DNA of 57,322 nt, the filler included, from Sphacelaria rigidula (lineage: Eukaryota), in assembly GCA_964200075.2 (NCBI GenBank). It is 5 parts of 5 records of this genome, joined end to end, with 100 filler letters (N's around TTAATTAATTAA, not from the genome) between each part and the next. Parts side by side here need not be neighbours in the genome. Positions count along the whole stretch, not along the records: positions 11,486 to 22,870 come from CAXNAA020004981.1; 4 more parts are not named here. One strand, written 5' to 3'. Shown here one piece after another: positions 11,580-22,870 of the stretch. Both the position numbers and the translations under genes were made by a program. Numbering within the stretch: the first letter of the stretch is position 1; the number at the start of each line of letters is the position of its first letter. The notes beneath the pieces are model-generated. The model saw only the letters and a program-made list of their open reading frames with translations, was not told the origin of the DNA and did no database searches.

Positions 11580-14090
11580 GAAACGTTCCACTCGAATATG
11601 TCCCCCCTGCCGCCGTTGCCTTGGACGCAGCTCACGGATCACCAGTTCATATTTTCGGGTTTATCGAAAATCTCCTGTCCTTCAGTGGAACCACATGCGC
11701 CGTCACTGTACTAGTAGTTCCATCTATCGGCCCCGAGTCTATACTCGCGTACAACCAAATCATATCTGAGTTGAGTTGGGAGCAGTGCGCATGAGATTGG
11801 GAAAATCAAACCCCATATTTTGCGTCTGCGGGTCTTTCGGTTCCAGCTGTCCATCGAACAAATACCGCTGTTACACAACATACCCACCCTTGCTCTGCAG
11901 CTTCTGTTCACAGCGACGCGGAGGCCATTGCCGCCACCCTTTGCGAGCGTGTTGGTTTGAAACAGATGCACGAAGCCCTTGGTGTAGCGTTTAGCGATTG
12001 TCTTCCGCCGCGCGATTGTACCGTCACTGTAGAACCACGGATGTTAACTGATGATGAAATGACGGACGACACAAGTCGCGCAGCATTCAGTCATGTCGTT
12101 ATCGCACGTACCTTATCTGTTTGGACGGCACTTGATGGATCAGTAGCAGTACAAATTGCTAGCCCATCCTCGAATGGGGTTGCAATACCTGCTAGTTTAT
12201 GCCTTGGTGATCTGTTGACGGTTTCTGTCGCATTCCCAGACCAACTCCATGCCAAAGCTGTCGCGAATACCCTCCAGTCAGCAGAAGAACTCAGCCGCTA
12301 CGAGCTGAACTTGAAAGTTCCCTGCTTGAAGTGTTTAATGATACTACACTGATTACTGACGAACACGCATCTGTCTTATATGTATTTGCAAACTTCTCAC
12401 CTGCGTTTTCATAATTTACGTCAGAATCGGGTCGCAGCACTATCGAAGAGGCAATTTTCCCGGTTCCGCCAGATATTCGACTGGTGAAACGGCTGCCGTA
12501 CCGGGTCAATCCATGTACGTCTGCTGTCATTGACAGACGTGTTGATGACATGCTTGAATGGGACATTATCGAAGAACGGCCTAGCCCACAGGGTAGTCCA
12601 TGCACTAATGTCGCTGAACGCAGTTGCAGTCAACGCTTCTGTGTTGATTACCACCACATCCCTGACCACAATGTCATCGAAAAGAGTTGGCCCATGCCAA
12701 CTGTGACATCCTGCCTGAACGTAGTCGGTGAAGCTCGATACATGTCAGTGTGCTATGTCCTCAGCGCGTTCTGGCAGATCCCGGTGGCCTAGAAACATGT
12801 AGACCGTACAGTATTCGTCACACCAACCGGCAAGTACTGTTTCGAACGCATGTCGTTTGAAGTTTGTCACGCGCCTTGATATCTCCCGGACATCTTGACC
12901 CGACAGTTCTGTAATCCCTGGGAGACGTTCTTACCGGTACCCGATATTTTTTCACGTTCTGTAAGGAATGTCATACCCTGCAGAAGATACCCGTACCCTC
13001 CAGAAAACAGCCTCACAACCTTGTGCTGAAATCACAGCTCAACTAGTGGACCTTCATCGACAACACGTTATTCTCTCGGGAAATTTCGAGTCCGCGTGCG
13101 GTCGTGATGAAGAGGCATCCCTCGCGCAAATGAAGCAAGTGCTAGACTCTACTCTTGTCATTCGAGCTGGGCCAGCTGACGGTGATTTTTGAACGTTTTC
13201 GGGTCCGGCGGTGCTAAATTTGAGGCCTTGGGCGATTAACTTTTGACACGGCATTTGAATCATCAACGCGCGCAACATTTCTCGGGATGCCAAAAGGAAC
13301 AAAAGAAGACGTTAGAGCGATTTGAAATTTCATTGCAAATCGGGGGAAAATGTCGAAACTCGATAGGAAAAAACGAAAAACGGCGGTATCCCCTGAACAG
13401 TTGTACACACTTGCGTGCAGGACGTCCTGGTCATGATTGCGCCCAAACTCCCAAAATCGAGCCCAGCCTGGCACTGTGTGTGTGACACCGCTGTACCCCT
13501 GTTATCCACGCGATATGGGAGACTCCAGATATGGAGGTCACGAGGTTGAATCCCGACATCTCCTCTCTTTTTTTCCATTCGATCGTCAAGGTCACGTACT
13601 ATGCTGTACTTTTTTTCATTTGTATTTGTTTAGCGGCAAAACATGCATGATCAGGTTGGTCTGCAGTTCCCAGAGATGGGCTTGGATCGGGCTGATTCGG
13701 GACACTCGAGAATTGTTGTGTGAAGTGCGTTTGTACGTTTTACAACTTGTGCGGCTCGTACATTTTCCTGGCTTCTCAGAACTTGGCGTGGGAGCTTTTC
13801 TGGCCCAAGCCCGCGAAGACAGTGTCGACAGAATATAAGTCGATATTGTGACGTACTACAGCGAGCGCTTATCGAAAAGTCAACGCCACTATGGTCCAAC
13901 AATGAAATGGTGTCTTGCTGCCGTTCGGTCTTTCGTTCATTTGCACCCATATCTACGGGGTAGCCACTTCACTTGTCATGCCGACCAAAAGGCTCTGACC
14001 AACCTGTACCACATGAAGATACTTCCAACGTGTTACACCCTGGGCTATCGCTCTTCAGAATTTCGTTTTCACCGTCAAACATGTCCCGAA
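11580..14090 (+). mobile_element. Degenerate Ty3/Gypsy LTR retrotransposon pol (RT and RNase H fragments), interrupted by insertions
   Basis: LPYRVNP..IDRRVDDMLEWDIIEERPSP..RFCVDY..WPMP..SAFWQIPVA*..RTVFVTPTGKYCFERMSF (12484-12880) and YYSERLSKSQRHYG..LHPYLRGSHFTCHADQKAL (13848-14093), with stops and frameshifts. Confidence 0.88.
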
Positions 14091-14127
14091 TGAAATACTA
14101 TCGTACCCGAACGGAACGTACGTCACC

Positions 14128-14226
14128 TCAAAATATCGGGGGAGTCACGATCGCGGAACGATTTCCCCCACTTTTTCTGAAATATCGGGGGGTACCGTTC
14201 CAAGATCGTGACTCCCTGATAATTTT
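14128..14226. repeat. Short inverted repeat / hairpin element
   Basis: AAAATATCGGGGGAGTCACGATCGCGGAACG versus CGTTCCAAGATCGTGACTCCCTGATAATTTT. Confidence 0.65.
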
Positions 14227-15239
14227 GCCCCCGATTTGGTCCAAATCCGTGTCCATAAAATGCGCCCCCTGATTTGACCCCGCCTCCCCTCCCCCCGATT
14301 TCGAAGAAGTCGAGATTCGTGCCTGCCATAAACGTGCGTCTGATAAGTGATGGTACATGTAGCCTTGGGCGTGCATCAGTGGTTGCTAGGCTGACGCAGA
14401 CAACACATGCTCTGTGTTGCAGACATTGCTGCGCACAGACTGTCCCGAAAAAGAAGCTATTCCAAAAAGAAGCTATTCCAGAACGGCAGATCATTTACAA
14501 GATTTCGTCGTGGGGAATCAAACGCTGCCGGATCCTTCGACAAGATTGCAGCACGGCAGGAAGGATTTTACCATCTCGTGATATTTTGGGAAGGTACGGT
14601 AATGTAGCCATACTCCATGTTGAGGAGGCCGGTCCGGATTTTTCAGATGGTATTGGAAGTTATCCGGCAAACCGGCTCCTACACCCCGTTTATGACCATC
14701 ACTATACTCCACGACGTAGGATCCCGACATAATCGTGTGCACTGATTCATTTTATTCGTGTTTTTCTTCTGTGTCGTATCTGCGTGAAATGTTCCTGGGT
14801 CCGTTTTACTTCACTATTCTCTTTTACCCTAGCTTTGAGTAATTAGCCTGTGGTCACGAATAGGGTCCACATCAGATGCCCACTACACAGTACTGCACAG
14901 ATATCATAAGGTTCTTTTATGTGAAGACAACATAAAAGTAAACAACGAACTGAACCATGAAGGTCTGGGACGGGGAGAGTCGTTCCTCAGAGAACATCTT
15001 CGAGCGCTTCGAGGCCGGGGACAGGGCATGACCTTGGGTCATTGTATTTTTTCATGCGACCAAAATGGAGAGTGGTTTCCGCCTCATCACCAGCTTCACT
15101 GACTCGGAAAGTAACAGGTGACGGTCACGTTCGAAAAAAGTACGAGCCATGCAGTAAAGCTTAGGGTTGGGGCCGTCAGTTGCATGATACTGACGATGTA
15201 TCAACACTGCATCACCTGGTTCAAAACTGGGGAACGTCA

Positions 15240-15660
15240 GTTTTTCATTCTCAAACCGCTTACCTATCCGCTCGCGTTTTGGGAGTTCGGCGGGCTAACT
15301 CGTCGGCTAGTTGCAAGTTATGGACGGTTTGGCGAAGGTAAATCAAGTTGGATATTAGTGCGGTTGTGGCTGGAACTCCACATGTGAAATTGACATGAAG
15401 TATGGCTGCGCCACCGGCACGTTTGAGTAAGGTTTCCTCAAGACTCGATGAATACGCTGTATTATACGCTAATTCAACAAAAAGTAGCAACTCGGCCAAG
15501 TTATCACAAACCGGGGTGCTGTACATGGCCAGCATATTGTGGACAATTCTGTGAACACCCCCCGCCTGTATTTTCGGCCGATAGAGCCTGTCCCGATCGT
15601 ATATTTGGAGAAGTAAAAAGGCTTGTCTTAATAAATTCCACTTACTCATCGCACTAGCGC
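15240..15660 (-). mobile_element. Degenerate Gypsy integrase fragment, opposite orientation to the RT fragment
   Basis: HNMLAMYSTPVCDNLAELLLFVELAYNTAYSSSLEET resembles the end of the integrase core (W..LP.V.FAYNT..HSS...TP). Confidence 0.7.
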
Positions 15661-16634
15661 CGACAAACTATGTTTCCCGGTCAACAACACCCTCCTGAGA
15701 AATGGAGTATGTACTCGTGTCGCCCGACAGTGCTGGAGCCCTGCCTTGGCGTCGAGTGGCTCTAGGTACTAACCAGAGTTTTTCTTCGGTAGGTGTGGTT
15801 CCTGTCGACCGCAGCGCAGAATGTTTGCGCGCTGATCTATCTATACCCGGTTCTGTTGCTTCTTTTTTGGCTCGCGTTTTTCTCGAGTCTGGATCAGCAA
15901 TCACATCAATAATATCACGAACGCGGGCAATGTGTTTTGAGGAAGACCTGTCTATCGGACCTTAATCTGCCGACGCTGGCACTTTTGAGTTCTATCGAAG
16001 AGTAGTCCACGATAATAACCCCCGAAACAACCTGTGCTGCTTTGAAGTTGAGGTACTCCGGGGTGGTATCTCTAAACAGCGCGCGACAGTATGCTGAACA
16101 CGTGATGAATTGGCGTATGCTGCCCACCTCTACATGATCCCCAGCTGGTATGAGCTTCTGGCGTCAAACGTCAATTGTTGAGGGATATCACTGACATGAA
16201 GTGACAGTCCAGCCTGTGTATTCTCCACATCCTGGTCAACAGACGGCATCTATTGCGATAGCAATAGAATCTGCTGCAGTAGATGCCACTATTGTCGTCC
16301 GTCATGGCCATCGATCGGCATGTTTATCTTTCTACTGTCGTTGGCAATGTCTATCGATGGACCAGTTTCCCACACTCTTGTCTGGGCAGCAGTCTGCTAT
16401 GGGCCTACCCCGAAATCTGTTGCGGCCGACCAAGTGCATCGATCGATAGCTTTCCAGCTCCATTGGTGACGACAATGGCTACAAATCGGTTGATGGCGAC
16501 GATGGCTATCGACAGATTGTATACCAATTTGTTTGATGACGGCAATAGCTATTGATAGATTGCGCGTAAATCCATGCATGACATCAATGAACATCGATAG
16601 ATACATGACAGAATCAACTGTGTTATATAATGCC

Positions 16635-16697
<63 letters not shown>
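16635..16697 (+). repeat. (TGT)21 microsatellite
   Basis: Directly visible. Confidence 0.95.
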
Positions 16698-16988
16698 AAT
16701 GCCTACCGACGGGGTTTCTCTGTCGTCTATTGCCACGCCTACATCACAACATACAACGTATAGAGTATATTATACTCCGTTAAGGTACGGTAGACAAGCC
16801 GCAGGTGGACATGCAGTGGGTATATAATGATACTGCTTGCGAATTTATGACATCATGTTCCTACAACTTTGGAACGCTTGTATTTTGTAGGAATTCGCAA
16901 CATGTGTAGACAAAAGTTGTACACTGATGGTTGTCCCTCTGATGGACATGAGCGCTTACGGTACTTTAGTGTGTGGTTGAGATGTGCT

Positions 16989-18075
16989 TATACTCTGGAC
17001 AATGGACTACGTTATAGCACATTGGCGCTGCATTAGCCCCGAAATTTTGACTGTCAGTGTTCATTGTCAGTCATAATCGACCGGCATCAAAGTCTATCGA
17101 TAGCTATTGTAGCTGACAATACATTCGCGGCAAGGGACATGATGTAACGTTGCCGTGACAATGGAGGGGCCCAGGTGCCTATCGATACATTTTATTTGTT
17201 GCAGTAGGCCCTGAATTTTGGCCACCGATGTTTATTGCCAATCACAATAGGATCCATCACGTGGCCACCAGTACATATTGTTGGTCACAATAGGATACCA
17301 ATTGCGCCCACCGATGTTTATTTAGGATCACAATAAAATTGAATCGCGGCCACCAATGTCTACCGCTGGTCACAATGCAATTTGAAGCACGGCCACCAAT
17401 ATCTATTGTTGACCACAAAGTTCGCTGAATGGCGTCGATCGCTGGCGCTGTGTATGCACAATATTTTTCGATTTCATGTTTCCGCCTTATTCCACAGAGT
17501 CTATGGCCCGCTATCGCCTCAGGTCGTTGCGTGTTCATGTGCAAGGGGTATTGCCGTTGATATTATGACACCACTGCCGTGAGCAACCTATTTTCCAAAA
17601 CCTATCGGCGTCACTGGATGTCGATAGATGCTCCCGAGAGCAATCGGTTGTTGACGGCAATGCCCAGATTGGTGAATACCAAAAATGCATTGTTGGCGGC
17701 AGAGGCCACCGATAGACCGCTCACCAAATCTTTTGATGACGGTAATAGGTATTGCTGGATAACTCACTTGATCTATTGATGACGGTAATGACTATCGATG
17801 GATGGCTCACCAAACCTAATGATTACAGCAATGGCTATCGATATATACAACCCAAAATGTATTGCGATACACGATGTCCATCGATGGCGAGCGATATTTA
17901 TCTATTATAATTGCCGAAGGCTGTCGATCGACTATTGCAACATCTATTGTCCGTTGCACTGCATATCAATAGATGTGTTTCACCATCTATCGCGTTCGAT
18001 AATATATATCGGTAGATCTTTCCCCGTGTCTATTGCTGAAACAATGAACAACTATTGCCCATTGTCCAGAGTGTG
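16989..18075. mobile_element. Non-autonomous TIR element with CACAC-type ends (CACTA/CMC-like), filled with ATCGAT-rich repeats
   Basis: Left end TATACTCTGGACAATGG versus right end CCATTGTCCAGAGTGTG; internal degenerate ~40-bp units TTGATGACGGYAATRGCTATCGAT. Confidence 0.6.
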
Positions 18076-18609
18076 GTATTCTCCCAATGCGAGGTACATG
18101 AAGCAGAGTAGTCGTTGGGGCGACATGTTCCGAGTCGATCTGATGGGTGAAGAAACCATGCGAGCGACCTTGACACTTCAGATATCTGTGCAGGTTTAAA
18201 GTTCAACATATCTTTCTTTGCTTCATCCGTCCCGACCCGCTGGATCACTGCTTCATTTGCTTTAGTCGTCCCGCCGCGCTGCAATCACGGTATCGGCACT
18301 ACGCTTCTTATTAGTAACCCCCCACCCCCCCTGCATCGACCGTCCTGCAGCAGCGATCCTAGTAATCTGATGACTCCACGACCATTCGCACCCATAGCAT
18401 GATGACCATCTACCCACGTTTCACATTGGCACCACCTCAGGTTATTTTTGCTGGTTGATTGTCGCAGGCTGCTGCTGAATTTGGAACGGTGCAGGTCGCA
18501 GCAGCAGCAGAGAGACTACCGCGGCCGTGACCCCGTCACTGGTGTTGTCTTGGGGAGGATGCTTTTTGGTGGCACCCACACTGATTGAAACACGACGGCA
18601 CCATATATC

Positions 18610-21405
18610 GTGCCGTGCAGCAGGAGAGTGGAACGCTGCGCCTCACACGTGTGGGCGGGCATGTTCGATATGGTAAGCAGGCGGTCTGGCGAGGTGGGCT
18701 GCTCCACACCATCATCGTCCGGTGCAGCCGGTGGTGGGGGGCCGGAGTTCTGCGTCGCACAAGCGGGCATGGTCGATGTAGTAGGGAGACAATGCGTTGA
18801 GGGAGGCTGCTCCAAACAACCGTCGTTCGCCGAGGCCGGTGGCAGGAAGGCCGAGTTCTGCGCTTCACACGCCCGAGCAGGCATGGTCAATGTGAGGAGG
18901 AAGCGGTGTGGCGAGGAGGGATGCTTGACGAAATCATCGTTCGGCGCAATCAGTAGCAAGAAGGCGGCGTTCTGCGCCACACACGCCCGAGTAGGCATGC
19001 TTAATGTAGCACGCACACGATGCAACGAGGAGGGCTGCTCCAAATCACCATCTTTCGGTGGACCCGTCAAGAGAAAGGCGGAGTATTGCGCCACACACGC
19101 CCGTGCGGGCATGGTCAATGTAGTGAGCAGGCGGTGCGGCGAGGAGAGCTGCTCCGAACACGCACCGTTGGGAACCAGTGGCAGGCCTGCGGAGTTCTGC
19201 GCCACACACGCCCTCGCGGGAAGCAAGCCGTGCGGCGAGGAGGGCTGTTTCACACAACCATCGTTCGGTGCAGCCGGAAGCACAAAGGCGGAGTACTGCG
19301 CCATTCACGCCCGAGCGGGCATGGTCAACGTAATGAGCAAGCGGTGCGGCGAGAAGGGCTGTTTTAAACAATCATCGTTCGGTGCGGCTGGTGGCAGGAA
19401 GTCGGAGTTCTGTGCCACACACGCCCGAGTGGGCATGGTGGACGTCAGAAAGAAACGTTGCGGCGAGGAGGGCTGTTCCACGCTACCATCATTCGGTGCA
19501 GTCGGTGGCGGGAAGGGAGAGTTCTGCGCCACACACGCCCGAGCAGGCATGGTCAATGTGAGGAGGAAGCGGTGTGGCGAGGAAGGATGCTTGACAAAAC
19601 CATCGTTCGGCGCAATCAGTAGCAGGAAGTCGGAGTTCTGCGCCACACACGCCCGAGCAGGCATGGTCACTGTAGTGAGCAGGCGGTGCGGCGAGGAGGG
19701 CTGCCCGAGACACCCATCGTTCGGTGCAGCCGGCGGCAGAAAGGCGGAGTTCTGCGCCACACACGCCCGCGTAGGCATGATCAACGTCAAAAGCAAGCGG
19801 TGCGGCGAGAAGGGCTGCTCCAAACATCCTTCGTTCGGTGCACTCCGTGGCAAACAGGCGGAGTTTTGCGTTACACACGCCCGAGCAGGTATGGTCCATG
19901 TCACGAACAAGCGGTGCGGCGAGGAGGGATGCTTGACGAAACCATCATTCGGTGCAGTCGGTAGCAGGAAGGCGGAGTTCTGCGCCACACACGCCCGAGG
20001 AGGCATGGTCAACGTAGCACGCACGCGTTGCAACGAGGAGGGCTGCTCCAAATCACCATCTTACGGTGAACCCGTCAAAAGAAAGGCGGAGTACTGCGCC
20101 CCACACGCCCGAGCGGGCATGGTCAATGTAGTGAACAGACGGTGCGGCAAGGAGGGCTGCTCCAAACACGCATCGTTGGGAGCCAGTGGCAGGCATGCGG
20201 AGTTCTGCGCCACACACGCCCGTGCGGGCATGGTCAACGTACTACGTAGGCGGTGCGGCGAGACGGGGTGCTCCGTGCGACCATCATTCGGTGCGGCTGG
20301 TGGCAGGAAGGTAAAGTTCTGCGCTGCACACGCCCAAGCGGGCATGATCAGAGTGGTAGGCATGCCGTGCGGCGAGAAGGGCTGTTCCACACGACCATCG
20401 TTCGGTGCAGCCGGTGGTAGGAAGGCGGATTACTGCGCCACCCACGCCCGAGCGGGCATGGTCAACGTAGTGGGCAGGCGGTGCGGCGAGGAGGGCTGCT
20501 CGACACACCCATCGTTCGGTGCAGACGGTAGCAGGAAGGCGGAGTTCTGCGCCACACACGCCCGAGAGGGCATGGTAGACGTCAAAACGAAACGTTGCGG
20601 CAAGGACGGCTGCTCCACGCTACCATCATTTGGTGCAGTCGGTGGTAGGAAGGGAGCGTTCTGCGGCACACACGCCCGTGCAGGGATGATATCCACGAAC
20701 GGCAACAAATACCCCACGCAGCGCTGTTCGAACCGGGTGGGGAAGCAGCAGAGTACCAGCCATCTTGCTGATGAAGATCCTACTATCGCGTCCGATGTCG
20801 CAGGATATGTCCGAGAGGAGAAACGCCCGAGCTATGACTTGGCCTTAGAACAGACTGGTATCAGTATCGATAGACGAGGTGAAGAATCCATTCTCCCACC
20901 AAATGCCGGCCCCAACACGAGCGATGGTGGCCGTGATTCGAGTTCGCGGCCCCGCTCGCGTGTCAGTCGTTCTAGGCGCCGTAAGGCGATTTATACGACC
21001 ACATCGCTTGCCTCCCCAGGTCAGTCCCTCGGCGAGGCGGCAGCAAATGGGGATCCCCTAGGTGCGACAGAGATGCGCATGAACATGAAGATGGAGACGA
21101 CGGTTGCGCCTACGCGACTCGATGATGGGATACGAAGTAGTGAAGTGCTTGCTGTGCGATCCAGCAGCTCCGACGGCATGGCTCATGCCGGCTTCAACAG
21201 CACTATCGAAAACGAGAGCTACGGTTGTAGAATCACGAATGGAGGGAACACAAAGCGGCTACGCCGGACAGCGCAGATGGAATCAGCTCTCGATGTGGCA
21301 GCGTGGAATACCGTAAAATCTGAAAAGATGGAACCCGACGTTAAGTGTGAATTGAATGTGCCTCCTCCCTCTTGTCCCGTGAACCCGTCGTTCCCACGCA
21401 CGTGA
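18610..21405 (+). CDS. EsV-1-7 cysteine-rich repeat protein (18 tandem ~38-aa CCCH repeats plus low-complexity C-terminal tail), single coding exon
   Basis: 931-codon ORF (first ATG at 18661). Repeat consensus GMVNVxxRRCGEEGCxxxPSFGAxGxRKAEFCATHARA (C-x4-C-x16-C-x2-H) matches the EsV-1-7 motif of the brown algal IMMEDIATE UPRIGHT family and Ectocarpus virus protein 7. True start uncertain (18661, 18670 or 18769). Confidence 0.92.
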   Translation: MPCSRRVERCASHVWAGMFDMVSRRSGEVGCSTPSSSGAAGGGGPEFCVAQAGMVDVVGRQCVEGGCSKQPSFAEAGGRKAEFCASHARAGMVNVRRKRCGEEGCLTKSSFGAISSKKAAFCATHARVGMLNVARTRCNEEGCSKSPSFGGPVKRKAEYCATHARAGMVNVVSRRCGEESCSEHAPLGTSGRPAEFCATHALAGSKPCGEEGCFTQPSFGAAGSTKAEYCAIHARAGMVNVMSKRCGEKGCFKQSSFGAAGGRKSEFCATHARVGMVDVRKKRCGEEGCSTLPSFGAVGGGKGEFCATHARAGMVNVRRKRCGEEGCLTKPSFGAISSRKSEFCATHARAGMVTVVSRRCGEEGCPRHPSFGAAGGRKAEFCATHARVGMINVKSKRCGEKGCSKHPSFGALRGKQAEFCVTHARAGMVHVTNKRCGEEGCLTKPSFGAVGSRKAEFCATHARGGMVNVARTRCNEEGCSKSPSYGEPVKRKAEYCAPHARAGMVNVVNRRCGKEGCSKHASLGASGRHAEFCATHARAGMVNVLRRRCGETGCSVRPSFGAAGGRKVKFCAAHAQAGMIRVVGMPCGEKGCSTRPSFGAAGGRKADYCATHARAGMVNVVGRRCGEEGCSTHPSFGADGSRKAEFCATHAREGMVDVKTKRCGKDGCSTLPSFGAVGGRKGAFCGTHARAGMISTNGNKYPTQRCSNRVGKQQSTSHLADEDPTIASDVAGYVREEKRPSYDLALEQTGISIDRRGEESILPPNAGPNTSDGGRDSSSRPRSRVSRSRRRKAIYTTTSLASPGQSLGEAAANGDPLGATEMRMNMKMETTVAPTRLDDGIRSSEVLAVRSSSSDGMAHAGFNSTIENESYGCRITNGGNTKRLRRTAQMESALDVAAWNTVKSEKMEPDVKCELNVPPPSCPVNPSFPRT
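18658..20682 (+). repeat. Coding tandem array of 18 units, mostly 114 bp (EsV-1-7 repeats)
   Basis: Unit starts at 18658, 18766, 18880, 18994, 19108, 19219, 19318, 19432, 19546, 19660, 19774, 19888, 20002, 20116, 20227, 20341, 20455, 20569. Recurrent DNA core TTCTGCGCCACACACGCCCGAGCRGGCATGGTC. Confidence 0.95.
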
Positions 21406-22870
21406 GGAAGGTACGTTGATGAGAGGACGGATGCACACGTTTTTCCGTGTGGCTTCCGGGAAAGTGATCGGGAAAGTGATTGTGCAAGTGAGGTGCCTGT
21501 GCCCAAGGGGTGGGCGGTATCATAGCGCATTATCTTTTTCGTTAACCTCGAAGCAATGCATATACGCCTTTCAATTATCTTCCCGAAGTGGGAAGCTAGA
21601 AAGGGAAAGAGGAGACAACGGCAGATACGGTCATGTTGGTTGATGATCCAACAATACAAGGGGGGGGGTGAAATGAGAGGGAAAAGGGTGGGCGGTGATG
21701 GGTGTTCCAAAACAACGAAGGAAAAAATGTCTGTTCGAGAACCACGATGAGGGGGAGAGACGGCGTTTTTATCATGTGGGAGTCCCATCCTGTTGATGTC
21801 GATTGAATTTCCCTCCACAGCCGCGTGGGGCAAGTGTTGTTGGCTCCCGGTCCATCCACTACATCGTGTGCGGGTTGGGCTGTTTCGACATTTTAGATGG
21901 CGACGAGATGGACGACTATGAACTACGCGGGGTGCTACATACTCGAAGCGCTGTATTCCTCATATCCCGGCCTCACGCGAGATCGCTTCCGACCTCGAAC
22001 GAGGGCTGCGTGGGCGTTCAAGGAGGGCAGGAGTTAATCAGACAGATTGAACATCCGCATGGAGTTTACTCGATTGCAGGAAGCAACGAACACACTTTCA
22101 ACCCATGTTCATGGTTTTTGTCGTACGTGCAGTAGCTTATTTCGTCTTGTATAGGCGAGAATTGGAGAAAAGACGTATGTCGCTCTTGACGTGTACATGA
22201 ACCATCACAAGCAGAAATGTGTATCTCCTCCTTCACTGGGCCTGCACCGCAAGCACAACGAAGTCGTATCGCAGCGAATTTCCGAAAATAAGTACTCGAC
22301 AATACTATGCACCTAGGTGACTTTCTTTTGCAACTGTTTCGCTGTTCTGCTGCGAAAAAACGTCTCGCGTCAGGGTACGCAAGGGTCTTCTGAGGTAATA
22401 TTGCCTCGCAATGAATCGAGGTGCCCCATTAATCCGTGCAGTAGTGATTGAAGTGGTGGTGGTGGTGGTGGTGGCGGTTGCGCCATTTTGCGCCGCAGGT
22501 TGACGACGAGTCGAATATCTATCCGAAAGATGATCAGTTGCACCTTTTCAATTATTGGGCGGAACGTTCACGTGTCGCATAGCAGAAATTCCTGCCGCCG
22601 CTCGCGTGGATATTTCAGCTGTTCTTGTGTACAGACTCGGGAGGAGGGCATGAAGAAACTTGGAAAATGTTCGTAACACTGAACCACAGACTGTACTTTC
22701 CAAAACGTGTACTGCGAACAGTATCGACTATAAAGTAGTTCATTCGTGAAGTGAATAGTAGACAACGACTGAAGAGTCATCCTACGATAGGGGGGGGGGG
22801 GGTTTTGGGCTATTTGTTGCTCGAAATTTCGAGTCAAATCGTCGTTGAAAGCAGCAACGGTTGTTCGGAC

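Noticed and set aside
18658-20682. CRISPR-like repeat-spacer array
   Set aside because: Units are 114-bp in-frame coding repeats that are homologous along their whole length, with no unique spacers and no cas genes; the context is eukaryotic.
18516-20717. Long antisense and alternate-frame ORFs over the EsV-1-7 array
   Set aside because: Shadow ORFs caused by the GC-rich repetitive coding strand.
22066-22837. Possible LINE ORF2 C-terminal zinc knuckle (CACGAGPVKEEIHISAC)
   Set aside because: A single weak motif; no recognisable RT motifs nearby.
11486-22870. Integrated phaeovirus (NCLDV) segment around the EsV-1-7 gene
   Set aside because: No viral core genes or gene-dense intronless neighbourhood; the flanks are ordinary transposon relics.
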